The notes below the pieces were generated by a model, which was not told the origin of the DNA, did no database searches, and was given only the letters and a program-made list of their open reading frames with translations. Below are positions 27,397-37,043 of a stretch of DNA of 64,000 bases, piece after piece. This DNA comes from a virus. The DNA lies in the IMG/VR virus record IMGVR_UViG_3300020162_001876, positions 1 to 64,000 of that record. One strand, written 5' to 3'. The position numbers were made by a program, and so were the translations under genes. Position 1 is the first letter of the stretch, and each line of letters begins with the position of its first letter.

Positions 27397-27843
27397 ATGT
27401 GGTTATATAAAGGAAAAGAAATAAAAGAATTATCAGACATGCCCGAAAATACTTTCGGGTTTATCTATGTTGTAACACACACCCCTACAGGAAGAAAATA
27501 CTTAGGTAAAAAACAATTAATGTCAGTTCAGAAAAAAGCTTTAGGTAAAAAGGAATTAGCCTTAATTACTGATGGTAGAGCTAGCAAGAAAAAAACTGTA
27601 ATTAAAGAATCAGATTGGAAAACCTATTATGGTTCACATACTGAAATAAAGCAGTTAATAAAAGATAAAAAACATTTGGAATTTACAAGGGAGATACTTA
27701 CATTTGTTCCTACTAAGAAACTTCTTACTTATTATGAAACTAAATATCTTTTTATAAATGAAGTTTTAGAAAAGCAGAATGAGTATATAAATGATAATAT
27801 TCTTGGAAAATTTTATAAAAAAGATTTTGCCTCCCAAAAATAA
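27397..27843 (+). CDS. GIY-YIG family endonuclease
   Basis: FGFIYVVTHTPTGRKYLGKK, ESDWKTYYGS, YYE and YINDNI. Confidence 0.8.
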   Translation: MWLYKGKEIKELSDMPENTFGFIYVVTHTPTGRKYLGKKQLMSVQKKALGKKELALITDGRASKKKTVIKESDWKTYYGSHTEIKQLIKDKKHLEFTREILTFVPTKKLLTYYETKYLFINEVLEKQNEYINDNILGKFYKKDFASQK

Positions 27844-27856
27844 TTCATTATATTAA
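27826..27856 (+). promoter_or_regulatory. Host-sigma-type promoter for the primase unit
   Basis: TTTG-N19-TATATTAA. Confidence 0.6.
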
Positions 27857-27872
27857 ATAAAAAATAATCCTT

Positions 27873-28025
27873 ATGAAACGTTACAGTCTTTTCGCTAAAA
27901 ATTCAAATGAAGCTATTAATTCTATTAAATCTGCATCTTTAGAAGGAGCAATATTATTTTTTGCATCACAAAAGCAATTAGATTTAAAAAAATTTAACAC
28001 TCTTTTTGATGTAAGAGAATCTTAA
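27873..28025 (+). CDS. 50 aa hypothetical protein (not in ORF track)
   Basis: MKRYSLFAKNSNEAINSIKSASLEGAILFFASQKQLDLKKFNTLFDVRES fills the gap after the promoter. Confidence 0.7.
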   Translation: MKRYSLFAKNSNEAINSIKSASLEGAILFFASQKQLDLKKFNTLFDVRES

Positions 28026-28039
28026 ATAAAAATAAGGTT

Positions 28040-28972
28040 ATGGTAAATGGAATATTATTAGGTCTAGTACAATCTGTACTAGGTAAAGGCAATGCTACCT
28101 CTAAAGGTAACTATGCCTTTCATTGCCCTCTATGTAATCATAGAAAACCCAAATTAGAAATAAACTTAGTCCCTACTTCTAAAAATGAAAATCCATGGCA
28201 TTGTTGGGCGTGTGATGCTAAAGGTAAAACTATATCTTCTTTATTTAAAACTATAAAAGTAGAAAAAAATAAATATTCGGAATTAAATTTTATATTAGGA
28301 ACTGCAACAAAAATAGATAAATTAGAATTTAATCTTAACGTTGAATTACCAAAGGAATATAAACCTCTATATAATATATCAAAAGCAGATATTATTGCAA
28401 GACACGCGTTATCTTATGTTAAAAAACGCGGTATAACACCTGTAGATATACTTAAGTATCAAATTGGATATTGTGAAACTGGAAGATACGCTAATAAAAT
28501 TATTATTCCTAATTATGATTCTAAAGGTAAATTAAATTATTTTATAGCTCGTTCTTTTGAAAAAGATTCTGTTAAAAAATTTGACGCAATATCTACTGAT
28601 AAAAATTTAATAATTGGGTTTGAAAATTTAATAAATTGGGATTTACCTGTTATACTTTGTGAAGGGGCATTTGACGCGATTGCTATTAAAAGAAATGCTA
28701 TACCTTTATATGGTAAAACTCTATCAAAACAATTAACTAAAAAATTATTAACAAATAATATAAAAGATATTTATCTAGCTTTAGATAATGATGCTTTAAA
28801 AAGTACTACTAAAATAGCAGAGGAATTACTTAATTCAGGAAAGAAATTATATGTTGTGCAATTAGATGGTAAAGATCCAAGTGATATGGGTTTTGAACAT
28901 TTTACTAATCTAATCCAAACATCCCAAGAATTTACCTTTTCTGATCTTTTTTCACTTAAACTCGAATTATAA
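28040..28972 (+). CDS. DNA primase (zinc finger plus TOPRIM)
   Basis: CPLC...HCWAC zinc finger; CEGAFDA and LDND TOPRIM motifs; KDPSD. Confidence 0.92.
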   Translation: MVNGILLGLVQSVLGKGNATSKGNYAFHCPLCNHRKPKLEINLVPTSKNENPWHCWACDAKGKTISSLFKTIKVEKNKYSELNFILGTATKIDKLEFNLNVELPKEYKPLYNISKADIIARHALSYVKKRGITPVDILKYQIGYCETGRYANKIIIPNYDSKGKLNYFIARSFEKDSVKKFDAISTDKNLIIGFENLINWDLPVILCEGAFDAIAIKRNAIPLYGKTLSKQLTKKLLTNNIKDIYLALDNDALKSTTKIAEELLNSGKKLYVVQLDGKDPSDMGFEHFTNLIQTSQEFTFSDLFSLKLEL

Positions 28973-29736
28973 TGAAACAATCTTACGACAGAATTCTTCA
29001 AATATCTGAAGATCACCAACAAATTACTTTGCCAGATTCAAGGTATTATCAAAGAAATGGGGAATATTATCCCTCAATTACTCATGTTTTATCCTATTAT
29101 CCCAAAGGTAAACATTTTGAAGATTGGTTAAAACAAGTAGGATATGCTTCTGAATATATTGTTAAAAAAGCAGCTGAAGATGGTACTCAAGTACATAATC
29201 TATGTGAAGATTATTTAAATGGGAAAGAATGTAGTTTTTTAGATCAATATAATAAACCTAAATTTTCATCAGATGTTTGGAAAATGTTTTTACGTTTTGT
29301 AGAATTTTGGGTAACTTATAAACCTACATTAATAGAAACTGAAGTACATTTATTTTCAGATGAAGAAAAAGTAGCAGGTACTTGTGATTTAATAGTTGAG
29401 ATTAATGATGAGTTATGGGTGTTAGATATTAAAACATCTAATAGCTTAAAACTTACATATGATTTACAAACAGCAATCTATGGTAAATGTTATGAAGAAT
29501 GTTATGATAAAAAACCTCAACGTTTTGGAATATTATGGCTAAAATCAACTAAAAGAGGTATAGATAAATCTGGTAAAAAAATGCAAGGTAAAGGATGGGA
29601 AATTTATGAATCTACTAGAACACAACAAGAAAATTTAGATATTTTTAAATGTGTTAAAACATTATTTGATTTAGAAAATCCTAATCCTAAACCTAATATT
29701 GAAGAATTAAAAACTGTAATTAAAAGAGAGATATAA
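28972..29736 (+). CDS. PD-(D/E)xK exonuclease
   Basis: YPSITHVL, GTQVH, AGTCDL, LDIKTS, QTAIY. Confidence 0.88.
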   Translation: MKQSYDRILQISEDHQQITLPDSRYYQRNGEYYPSITHVLSYYPKGKHFEDWLKQVGYASEYIVKKAAEDGTQVHNLCEDYLNGKECSFLDQYNKPKFSSDVWKMFLRFVEFWVTYKPTLIETEVHLFSDEEKVAGTCDLIVEINDELWVLDIKTSNSLKLTYDLQTAIYGKCYEECYDKKPQRFGILWLKSTKRGIDKSGKKMQGKGWEIYESTRTQQENLDIFKCVKTLFDLENPNPKPNIEELKTVIKREI

Positions 29737-29766
29737 ATATTTATATTAATAACATAACTATATAAT

Positions 29767-30768
29767 ATGATTATTTCTGAAAGAAAACAATTAGGTACTG
29801 TATACCACTTTACTAAAATAACTTCTATAAAATCTATATTAGAATCTAATTCTTTTAAAGGGTCAGAGATAGGGACTTGGAATTATGAAAGAGATTTTCA
29901 ATTTTTTAAAAAAGATGAAAAATATTTTATAGAAAAAGGTATAACTCATTTATATTTTTTCTCTACTACTCGTAATAAATTACTTTATAAACAACCTTCT
30001 TTCGGTATAGGAGGAATGACAGCTCGTATTGTTTTAAATGGTGATAAATTATCTGATAAATACAGATTTGTTCCCTTTAAATACTATGAAGATGAACCTA
30101 AAGATCAAGGTTCAGATGAATCTGAAGAAAGAATTATATTAGGTCTTAAAAAAGAAATCCCTAACGCTAAAAATTATATTAAAGAAATTCATATAATGTT
30201 AGATATAATAGAGGATAATGAGGTTTATTTACAAGAGGCTGAAAAATTACAAAATTATGATCCTTCATTAATTAAACTTTATTATAAAGAGAAAGAAATT
30301 ACTATGGAAGATTATAGAAATAATATTTTACCTACTATAGAACCTTATAGAGATGAAGAATTAGATGAAAATGATGGGTCTTTTGAATACAGAGGGGGCC
30401 CAATATTACATGAAGGATTTACTCCTCAAAAAGCTCCATTAATGAAAAAATTTGTTGACTATGCTTGTGATAGGTTAAATATAGATGAACCTAAAGTTTT
30501 TATTATCAACTCACCGTCATACTCACAAAAATATAAAAGTTTTGGAGGGTACATGCCTTTAAATCAAGAAATAAAAGTAGTAGTTCATAATAGAAATATG
30601 GCTGATATTTTAAGAACTTTAGCTCATGAATTGGTTCATCATATGCAAAATTTAAATAATGATGAATTAAATGGAGAGGATGGTTCTGATAGTGAAAATG
30701 AAGCTAATGCAATGGCTGGAATAATAATGAGAGAATTTGGGCGTGAAAATCCTGAAATATTTGAATAA
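29767..30768 (+). CDS. Two-domain late protein: putative ART-like N-domain plus HExxH zinc metallopeptidase
   Basis: N-domain VYHFT...SIL, FSTTR, ESEERI; C-domain TLAHELVHHMQ...ENEANA. Confidence 0.65.
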   Translation: MIISERKQLGTVYHFTKITSIKSILESNSFKGSEIGTWNYERDFQFFKKDEKYFIEKGITHLYFFSTTRNKLLYKQPSFGIGGMTARIVLNGDKLSDKYRFVPFKYYEDEPKDQGSDESEERIILGLKKEIPNAKNYIKEIHIMLDIIEDNEVYLQEAEKLQNYDPSLIKLYYKEKEITMEDYRNNILPTIEPYRDEELDENDGSFEYRGGPILHEGFTPQKAPLMKKFVDYACDRLNIDEPKVFIINSPSYSQKYKSFGGYMPLNQEIKVVVHNRNMADILRTLAHELVHHMQNLNNDELNGEDGSDSENEANAMAGIIMREFGRENPEIFE

Positions 30769-31308
30769 ATGATATCAATAAGCAAGTTATTTGAAGAAGA
30801 TAAACCAAAAATAAATTATCAAATCTATTGTGATATGGATGGTGTTCTTTGTGACTTTGAAAGTCGCTTTGAACACTTCACTGGTCTAAGTCCTGATCAA
30901 TATAGAGAAAAAGCCAAAAGAGAATATGGTGAAAAAAAAGTAGATGAAATGTTTTGGGATATAATTGACCATCAAGTAGGCTTAAGATTCTGGAGAGGAA
31001 TGCCTTGGATGCCGGAAGGTAGGGAATTATGGGGTTATATTAAATCTTATAAACCCACTTTACTCACTGCTCCTTCATGGCATAACTCAAGCAAAGAAGG
31101 AAAACAATTATGGGTTGATGATCATATACCAGGAACTCCTATAATCTTTAAACAAGCAGATAAAAAATCAGATTTATCAGGTCCAAGTAAGATATTAATT
31201 GATGATAGAGAAGATACTATTATGAATTGGAAACATAAAAATGGTATAGGAATTTTATATACTTCAACAGAACAAACGATAAATGAATTAAAACAATTAG
31301 GAATATAA
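30769..31308 (+). CDS. HAD 5'(3')-deoxyribonucleotidase (NT5C-like)
   Basis: IYCDMDGVLCDF, LLTAP, GKQLW, ILIDDR. Confidence 0.88.
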   Translation: MISISKLFEEDKPKINYQIYCDMDGVLCDFESRFEHFTGLSPDQYREKAKREYGEKKVDEMFWDIIDHQVGLRFWRGMPWMPEGRELWGYIKSYKPTLLTAPSWHNSSKEGKQLWVDDHIPGTPIIFKQADKKSDLSGPSKILIDDREDTIMNWKHKNGIGILYTSTEQTINELKQLGI

Positions 31309-31311
31309 GTT

Positions 31312-31881
31312 ATGTCACAATTAAACAGAGAATTCGAAGAAAAAGACATTCAAAGAATGCGAAACATTATTTCAGGTAATACTGGAAATGCTACTAGAAT
31401 TCAAGTCGGTTATAGTAAAGATAAAATTATTTATGGTGAGGGTGATGTGTGGGAAGAAAACGGTAAAACTTGGACTATAAAAAATAATCTTAAACAAACT
31501 GTCACTAAACATGATGACTTAAAAGCAATGGTTGAATTCCCACTTACTTGTCCATGTTGTTCTAAACCAATGAAAGATTTTCATTTAAATAGAAAAATGT
31601 ATAATATACATCAAAAATGTTTTGATTGTGTTATTGAAATGGAAGGTAAAATGAGAATAACAGGTGAGTATGAAGCGTATGAAAGAAAAATGTTAAACTC
31701 TAATAAAAATGCAACTATAGATGATGCTGAACAAATGTTTGATGAATACTTTAATTCTAAAAATGAGACATATGTTACTGAAGCAGGTGATATAGAAAAA
31801 TGGGATGGTGGTAGTATTGATCCTGAAGTTATAAAAGCAATCAAAAGCAATATAAAACGACTAAGAAACTTAGAAATATAA
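31312..31881 (+). CDS. Hypothetical protein with two CxxC motifs
   Basis: CPCC and CFDC. Confidence 0.8.
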   Translation: MSQLNREFEEKDIQRMRNIISGNTGNATRIQVGYSKDKIIYGEGDVWEENGKTWTIKNNLKQTVTKHDDLKAMVEFPLTCPCCSKPMKDFHLNRKMYNIHQKCFDCVIEMEGKMRITGEYEAYERKMLNSNKNATIDDAEQMFDEYFNSKNETYVTEAGDIEKWDGGSIDPEVIKAIKSNIKRLRNLEI

Positions 31882-31904
31882 ATATTTATATCAAAACTAA
31901 ACTT

Positions 31905-32639
31905 ATGAAAAACCAAACCTTAAAAAACATAATTAAAGAAAGCATTACTGATTACTTATCAGAATTAAATTCAATTGATAAAGAAGTTAAGTTTAAAGAA
32001 GGAGACAAGTGCCTAGCCTTAGTAAGAGGGTCAGCAGCTAGTGGATACGAAGAGTGCACCATATTAGGAATGGATCCATCAGGAGTAGCTGTAGTTCAGA
32101 ATAAAGATGGAATATCTGATGAAGTATATACTAAAGATCTTAGGCCAATTGGCAGTAAAGCAGTCAATGAAGACGAAACAACAAAAGAATCATTATCATC
32201 TACCCCAGGCTTAATGTTTGAAGATAAAGTAACTAAAGACAAATATGTTTATTTAGTTAAAGAAGCTATGAATGAATCTACTGAAAAGAATTTAGTTGAG
32301 AAAAAATTATTATTAGATTTAATTGGTGAAGGGTATAAAGGTGCTTATCTAAATGAAGCTACCGCTATGAAAGCAGCTAAAACTGCTATTAAAGAGCGAG
32401 AAACTTTAATGAAAGAAAATGTTAAAAAAGGTCAAGCTAAAGTAGGTGGTTTAGAAAAACAAGTAGCTAATTTAAAAGCTGAAATGGCTAAACTAATTGA
32501 TAATCCTGAAATGAGAGGTGAATTATCAAACTATACTGCTAAATTAGAAAAAGCTGAACAAGTATTAGAAAAATTAAAAGCAGCATTAGAAAAATCTTCT
32601 CCTAAAAAAGAAAAGAAAGAAAAAAAAGATGACGAATAA
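31905..32639 (+). CDS. Putative internal head protein
   Basis: LKNIIKES leader, multiple (L/I/V/M)xE sites, C-terminal coiled coil. Confidence 0.65.
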   Translation: MKNQTLKNIIKESITDYLSELNSIDKEVKFKEGDKCLALVRGSAASGYEECTILGMDPSGVAVVQNKDGISDEVYTKDLRPIGSKAVNEDETTKESLSSTPGLMFEDKVTKDKYVYLVKEAMNESTEKNLVEKKLLLDLIGEGYKGAYLNEATAMKAAKTAIKERETLMKENVKKGQAKVGGLEKQVANLKAEMAKLIDNPEMRGELSNYTAKLEKAEQVLEKLKAALEKSSPKKEKKEKKDDE

Positions 32640-34365
32640 TATCGAACTTTTAAAAAACCATCTTTATAAACTAATTAAGGAGGAACTTGAAGATGAAAAT
32701 CCTGATGAGAATCCTACTGGGAATGTATCCTTAAAAGATATTACTATTGGCTATAGTATTATAACAGATGATCCTAATAAAGTAGAAAAATCTATAAATA
32801 ATTTAGATAACTATGGTGATAAACAAAGACAAGCTGTTACTATAGCTCAACATATAAAAAAATTATCAGGAGGAGAATCCAAAACAATGAAACTTGTACC
32901 TTCAGGTAACGCCGCAGGTCGTAATAATATTGTTAAATGGTCTTTAACTAATGTTTGGTCTAAATTAAATAAACAAGAACGTTTAACTAAATTAGATCAA
33001 GTATTTAAAGCATATAGTACTGAAGGAAAAGATATTGGTGAAGCTTTAAAAACTATCATTTTAAAATTTGATAAAGAAGCAGATTTATCTGATGATACTA
33101 AAATAAAAGAATATATAGCTAATTTAGAAGCTAGTAGTCCTATTTTTACTAAAGTTGGAGGGGGTAATAATATTGGTTATCCTATATTTAGGAAAGGTTA
33201 TTTTTATCCTGCTTTTACTCAAAAAGAGCTTGAAAGATCTTCTTTAAGAAAAGGTAATGAATATACTATTGAAGATAAAGATGGTAAATCAGAATTTGTT
33301 TTCTTAGTAAAAAATAATCCCTTAGTTGATGTTAATATGGGTAATACTGACGCTTATAGAGATTTACTTAAAAGAATAGCTAAAGATGCTGGAGAAAAAT
33401 TAAACACCCTTTCCAAACAAGTATTCTCAGATACTGGAGAAGATGCAAGTGCACCTACTAAAGCAGCTCCTATTAAAGAACCTTCATCTGAAAAATCTAA
33501 TTTTATTAAGACATTTTCTGATGATGAAGGGGCACCTGATGAAGATAGCGCAGATTTATTTTACGCTACCATATTAGGGGATTTCCCTGGAGCAGAAATT
33601 ACAGATAATAAAATATCAGTTAATGATATAACACCTGCTGAGAAAAAAGATTTGATTAACAGATATTTAAAATTTCAACAATCCAATAAACTTTACGAAA
33701 ATAAACTACCAATGAAAGATCAATTAAAAGGACAATTAACTTCTATAATTAAGGAAGTTCTTTTAGAGAAAAAATTAACTCCTGCTAAACTTAAAAAAAG
33801 AAATAAAAACGCTGAAAAAATAAAAAAAGCAAATCCTAAAATGGATAAAGGAGAGGCTTTTGCTATTGCTACTAAACATTTAAAAGAAGGAGAAGGATCT
33901 CTTAAAAATTGGAAAACTGAACCTGTTAAATGGGATAGTGTAAAACCTGATGATTTTATAGCGGATGGTCCTAATGTTGGAGAAGTTTCTCAAGTTATAA
34001 GTAATAGTAGAAGTGGACTTGAATTAAAACGAGTTTGGACCAACTCTAAAAAGTACCCAGTAGGCGAAGAGTTTTTTATTAAACATGATCATGAAGCTAT
34101 GAAAGATGGAAAAGATAATAACATATTTAAAGTAACTAACTATATTAAAGAACCTAACTCACTATCAGAAAGTAATACATCAATGGATGATATTTTATTA
34201 GCTTTTCAAGCTGCTTTAGATATTGAAGATGATGTTAAGCAAGAAGAAGCTTTAAAAGCAGTTTATAATGAATTAAAAAATAAAGTAAAAACTGGAGCTA
34301 GTAATTTATATCAAAAAGCTAGAACAAGTTTTGCTAAAAGTCAAGGTATAGATTTAGATGAGTAA
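32629..34365 (+). CDS. Putative internal head polyprotein
   Basis: YKLIKEE leader; modules separated by LYE, IKE, LLE, LKE and LSE. Confidence 0.65.
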   Translation: MTNNIELLKNHLYKLIKEELEDENPDENPTGNVSLKDITIGYSIITDDPNKVEKSINNLDNYGDKQRQAVTIAQHIKKLSGGESKTMKLVPSGNAAGRNNIVKWSLTNVWSKLNKQERLTKLDQVFKAYSTEGKDIGEALKTIILKFDKEADLSDDTKIKEYIANLEASSPIFTKVGGGNNIGYPIFRKGYFYPAFTQKELERSSLRKGNEYTIEDKDGKSEFVFLVKNNPLVDVNMGNTDAYRDLLKRIAKDAGEKLNTLSKQVFSDTGEDASAPTKAAPIKEPSSEKSNFIKTFSDDEGAPDEDSADLFYATILGDFPGAEITDNKISVNDITPAEKKDLINRYLKFQQSNKLYENKLPMKDQLKGQLTSIIKEVLLEKKLTPAKLKKRNKNAEKIKKANPKMDKGEAFAIATKHLKEGEGSLKNWKTEPVKWDSVKPDDFIADGPNVGEVSQVISNSRSGLELKRVWTNSKKYPVGEEFFIKHDHEAMKDGKDNNIFKVTNYIKEPNSLSESNTSMDDILLAFQAALDIEDDVKQEEALKAVYNELKNKVKTGASNLYQKARTSFAKSQGIDLDE

Positions 34366-35587
34366 TTTAGATATAAAATTCTTAATTAGAGAAACTCTAG
34401 AGTTAATATTACAAGAAGACAATTCAAAACAACTTCAAGAAAATGTTTTATTAACTGAAGATAAAGTCTCTAAAAACTTACAATACCATTTAGATAAAGG
34501 CATTCCATTACATGAGAATGCTTTTAGATATGGTACTGAGGCCCAACTTCAATTATTTAAAGAAGTTAGAAAACTCTACAATGAGGAAAAATTATATCTG
34601 AATCCTGAAGATAGATGGTTAATTGAAAATACTGACATTGGGAACTATGGTATTTATGAAGACCAATTTGTGGCTTTAGATGTACCAATGGTTGAAGAAG
34701 AAACTAATCCAACTGATAAAATTACTATGGATGTTCCTTTATTTATTCGTATGTTAGAGTACGCTAAAGAAGATGCTAAAACAGATATGGATTTACACTC
34801 GGTAACTGAAAAAGCATTAGATTTAGGTACTGAAGGTAAAACTTTAACTATGAATGATTATGCTACTATAGTAGGTGATCAATCTTTAAATGAAGTAATT
34901 GATTTTAACTTTTATAATTATGTTCCTCATTCTTTTTCACCTGATACTAATGCCTTAAATAAAGAAGAGCATGAAGTTATGATGAAAGATTTAAGAAAGG
35001 AAAGAATGGGTCTTGTAGATTATATTAAATTTGCGGGTTCTATGATAAATAATGAACCTATATATAAAAGTATTTTTAATAAATTAGCTAATTCTAATAA
35101 GAAAAAAATAGAGTTTGCAATAGATCAAAATGAAATTTTAAAATATCAAGATGAAACTAATTTAGATCCTATTAAACTTCAAAAATTTAAAGCTTTTTAT
35201 GAAAAATATAAAGAAATATTCCCTAGCTGGGCTTCTGAAAATGAAAGATTGTATAAAGATGTAATGCAAGCATTAAACCCTTCTTTAAATGAAGCTAAAT
35301 ATCAAGGTAAAGAAGTATCTTTAAATAAACCTAAGCGTGGTGGTTCTAAAAAATTCTATGTTTATGTTAAAAATGGAGATAAAGTTAAAAAAGTACAATT
35401 TGGTGCAGCTGGTGGAGGACAAAATTTAGCAGTTAAAATTAGAGATCCTAAAGCTAGAAAAGCATTCGCTTCTCGTCAAAACTGTGATAAGAAAAAAGAT
35501 AAAACTACTCCTGGATACTGGTCTTGTAATATAGGACGTTATTGGAAATCATTAGGTGGAGGTTCAAACTTTAGCGGATACTGGTAA
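34358..35587 (+). CDS. Putative internal head polyprotein
   Basis: FLIRET leader; two SLNE junctions; basic C-terminal module EAKYQGKEV...PGYWSC. Confidence 0.65.
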   Translation: MSNLDIKFLIRETLELILQEDNSKQLQENVLLTEDKVSKNLQYHLDKGIPLHENAFRYGTEAQLQLFKEVRKLYNEEKLYLNPEDRWLIENTDIGNYGIYEDQFVALDVPMVEEETNPTDKITMDVPLFIRMLEYAKEDAKTDMDLHSVTEKALDLGTEGKTLTMNDYATIVGDQSLNEVIDFNFYNYVPHSFSPDTNALNKEEHEVMMKDLRKERMGLVDYIKFAGSMINNEPIYKSIFNKLANSNKKKIEFAIDQNEILKYQDETNLDPIKLQKFKAFYEKYKEIFPSWASENERLYKDVMQALNPSLNEAKYQGKEVSLNKPKRGGSKKFYVYVKNGDKVKKVQFGAAGGGQNLAVKIRDPKARKAFASRQNCDKKKDKTTPGYWSCNIGRYWKSLGGGSNFSGYW

Positions 35588-35649
35588 TGGAAAATTTAAA
35601 CGAAAAAGAAAAACGTACGAATTGGTGGGAACCTATAACTAAATAAATT

Positions 35650-35991
35650 ATGATAAAATTAAGCAACCTATTAAACGAATCTCAGGATGAAATCTACCAT
35701 TTAGATGGTGTCCTTATAACAGATGGAGCAATACGTAATCAAAAAGATATCTTATCTGATATTCGCTCTTTACTTGCTGTTACTATTGTACGTAGTATAG
35801 ATATGGAAAATGACCCTACTTCAAAATATGATAGAACTAGAATTGAAGTAAAAATAGACCCATACCCTTATTCAAAACAAGAAAATATTAGTAAAGAGGC
35901 TATAGCTAAAAAAGTATCAGAAAGTATCAGAAAAGTGCCTGGTGTAATAGGATTTAGAAGTTCTGATGAAATATCTGCAACAGGAATATAA
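35650..35991 (+). CDS. Hypothetical protein with MIKLSNLLNE leader
   Basis: ORF track; leader motif. Confidence 0.75.
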   Translation: MIKLSNLLNESQDEIYHLDGVLITDGAIRNQKDILSDIRSLLAVTIVRSIDMENDPTSKYDRTRIEVKIDPYPYSKQENISKEAIAKKVSESIRKVPGVIGFRSSDEISATGI

Positions 35992-36254
35992 TGAAGCCTT
36001 ACCAAGAAATTCTAAATGGTAATTCTCGTTTACGTGAATTTAAACTTGATATAGATAATGATGAATTAAAATGGCATAGAGATAAAAAAGATCGTTATGT
36101 TACTATATTAGAAGGAGAAAATTGGCAATTTCAAAAAGATAATGAATTACCTTTAGCTCTTCAAAAAGGAGACACTATATTTATACCAAAAGAAACATAT
36201 CACAGGGTGATAAAAGGTACAACAGATTTATTAATAACTATAATAGAAAAATAA
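35991..36254 (+). CDS. Cupin-fold protein
   Basis: WHRD...ILEG...GDTIFIPKETYHRV. Confidence 0.8.
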   Translation: MKPYQEILNGNSRLREFKLDIDNDELKWHRDKKDRYVTILEGENWQFQKDNELPLALQKGDTIFIPKETYHRVIKGTTDLLITIIEK

Positions 36255-36985
36255 TGTTAGAATTAACACTATCACAAATAAGAGATAAAATAGGTATGTT
36301 TCCTGTTAGATTTAAACATGATCCTAAAATGACTTATTATTTAAATAATGCTCAAAATAATGATTATGGGTTTTTTAAAGATAAAAACAATATTACTAAA
36401 AAGAAATTTTTTAAAGATGTGATAAGTATTAATGGTAAAGAAATTAAACTTAAATCTTCACTTGAAGAATTAAAAAAATTAATTAGAGAAGAAATTGAAG
36501 CTATTAAAGTTTCTGAACCTTTAACTTTTGAAGGTAATCCATTAGAATTTATTCTAAATAAATATTCTTCTTTAAATGATACTATGATAGACTTATTAAC
36601 ACCTTCATTTAGAGATTATTTAACAGGAATATTTATAATAGCCCCTAAACCTACTACATTTAGAATTTTATTACATAATAATCAAGAATTTTATTTAATA
36701 TATGCTCCTGATGGTTATGTAGCAAAAATAGCTGGTAAAAAATATGATTTAAGAAACTTATCTGAAGAGGAGTATGCTATTAATTCAATATCACAACTTT
36801 TAGAATTAGGTATACCTCCAGCAGCTGAAGGACCAAATTCTGAAATTGATAATCAAGCTGATTTACAAGGAGAAACTCCTGCTGAAACTCCATCTGAAGA
36901 AACTACACCTACTGAAGAGACTCCACCTGAAAACTTAGCAGAGTTAAAACTTCCTTTAAGAATAAAATTAATCCGAAAAAAATAA
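36254..36985 (+). CDS. Hypothetical late protein
   Basis: Internal LKKLIREE motif; E/T/P-rich tail. Confidence 0.75.
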   Translation: MLELTLSQIRDKIGMFPVRFKHDPKMTYYLNNAQNNDYGFFKDKNNITKKKFFKDVISINGKEIKLKSSLEELKKLIREEIEAIKVSEPLTFEGNPLEFILNKYSSLNDTMIDLLTPSFRDYLTGIFIIAPKPTTFRILLHNNQEFYLIYAPDGYVAKIAGKKYDLRNLSEEEYAINSISQLLELGIPPAAEGPNSEIDNQADLQGETPAETPSEETTPTEETPPENLAELKLPLRIKLIRKK

Positions 36986-36992
36986 AAATAAG

Positions 36993-37024
36993 TTTGGCTC
37001 TTTAAAAGAGCCTTCTTATATTGT
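36993..37024 (+). promoter_or_regulatory. Host-sigma promoter with a 17 bp palindrome in the spacer
   Basis: TTTG-N20-TATATTGT; GGCTCTT-TAA-AAGAGCC. Confidence 0.75.
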
Positions 37025-37043
37025 ATAAATTTAACTATATGTT

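Noticed and set aside
27397-27843. GIY-YIG gene as an intron or homing element
   Set aside because: It is a free-standing single domain with no DNA-binding extension and interrupts no gene.
28972-29736. Cas4 / CRISPR adaptation gene
   Set aside because: It lacks the four-Cys Fe-S pattern and sits next to the primase like an ordinary phage PD-(D/E)xK exonuclease.
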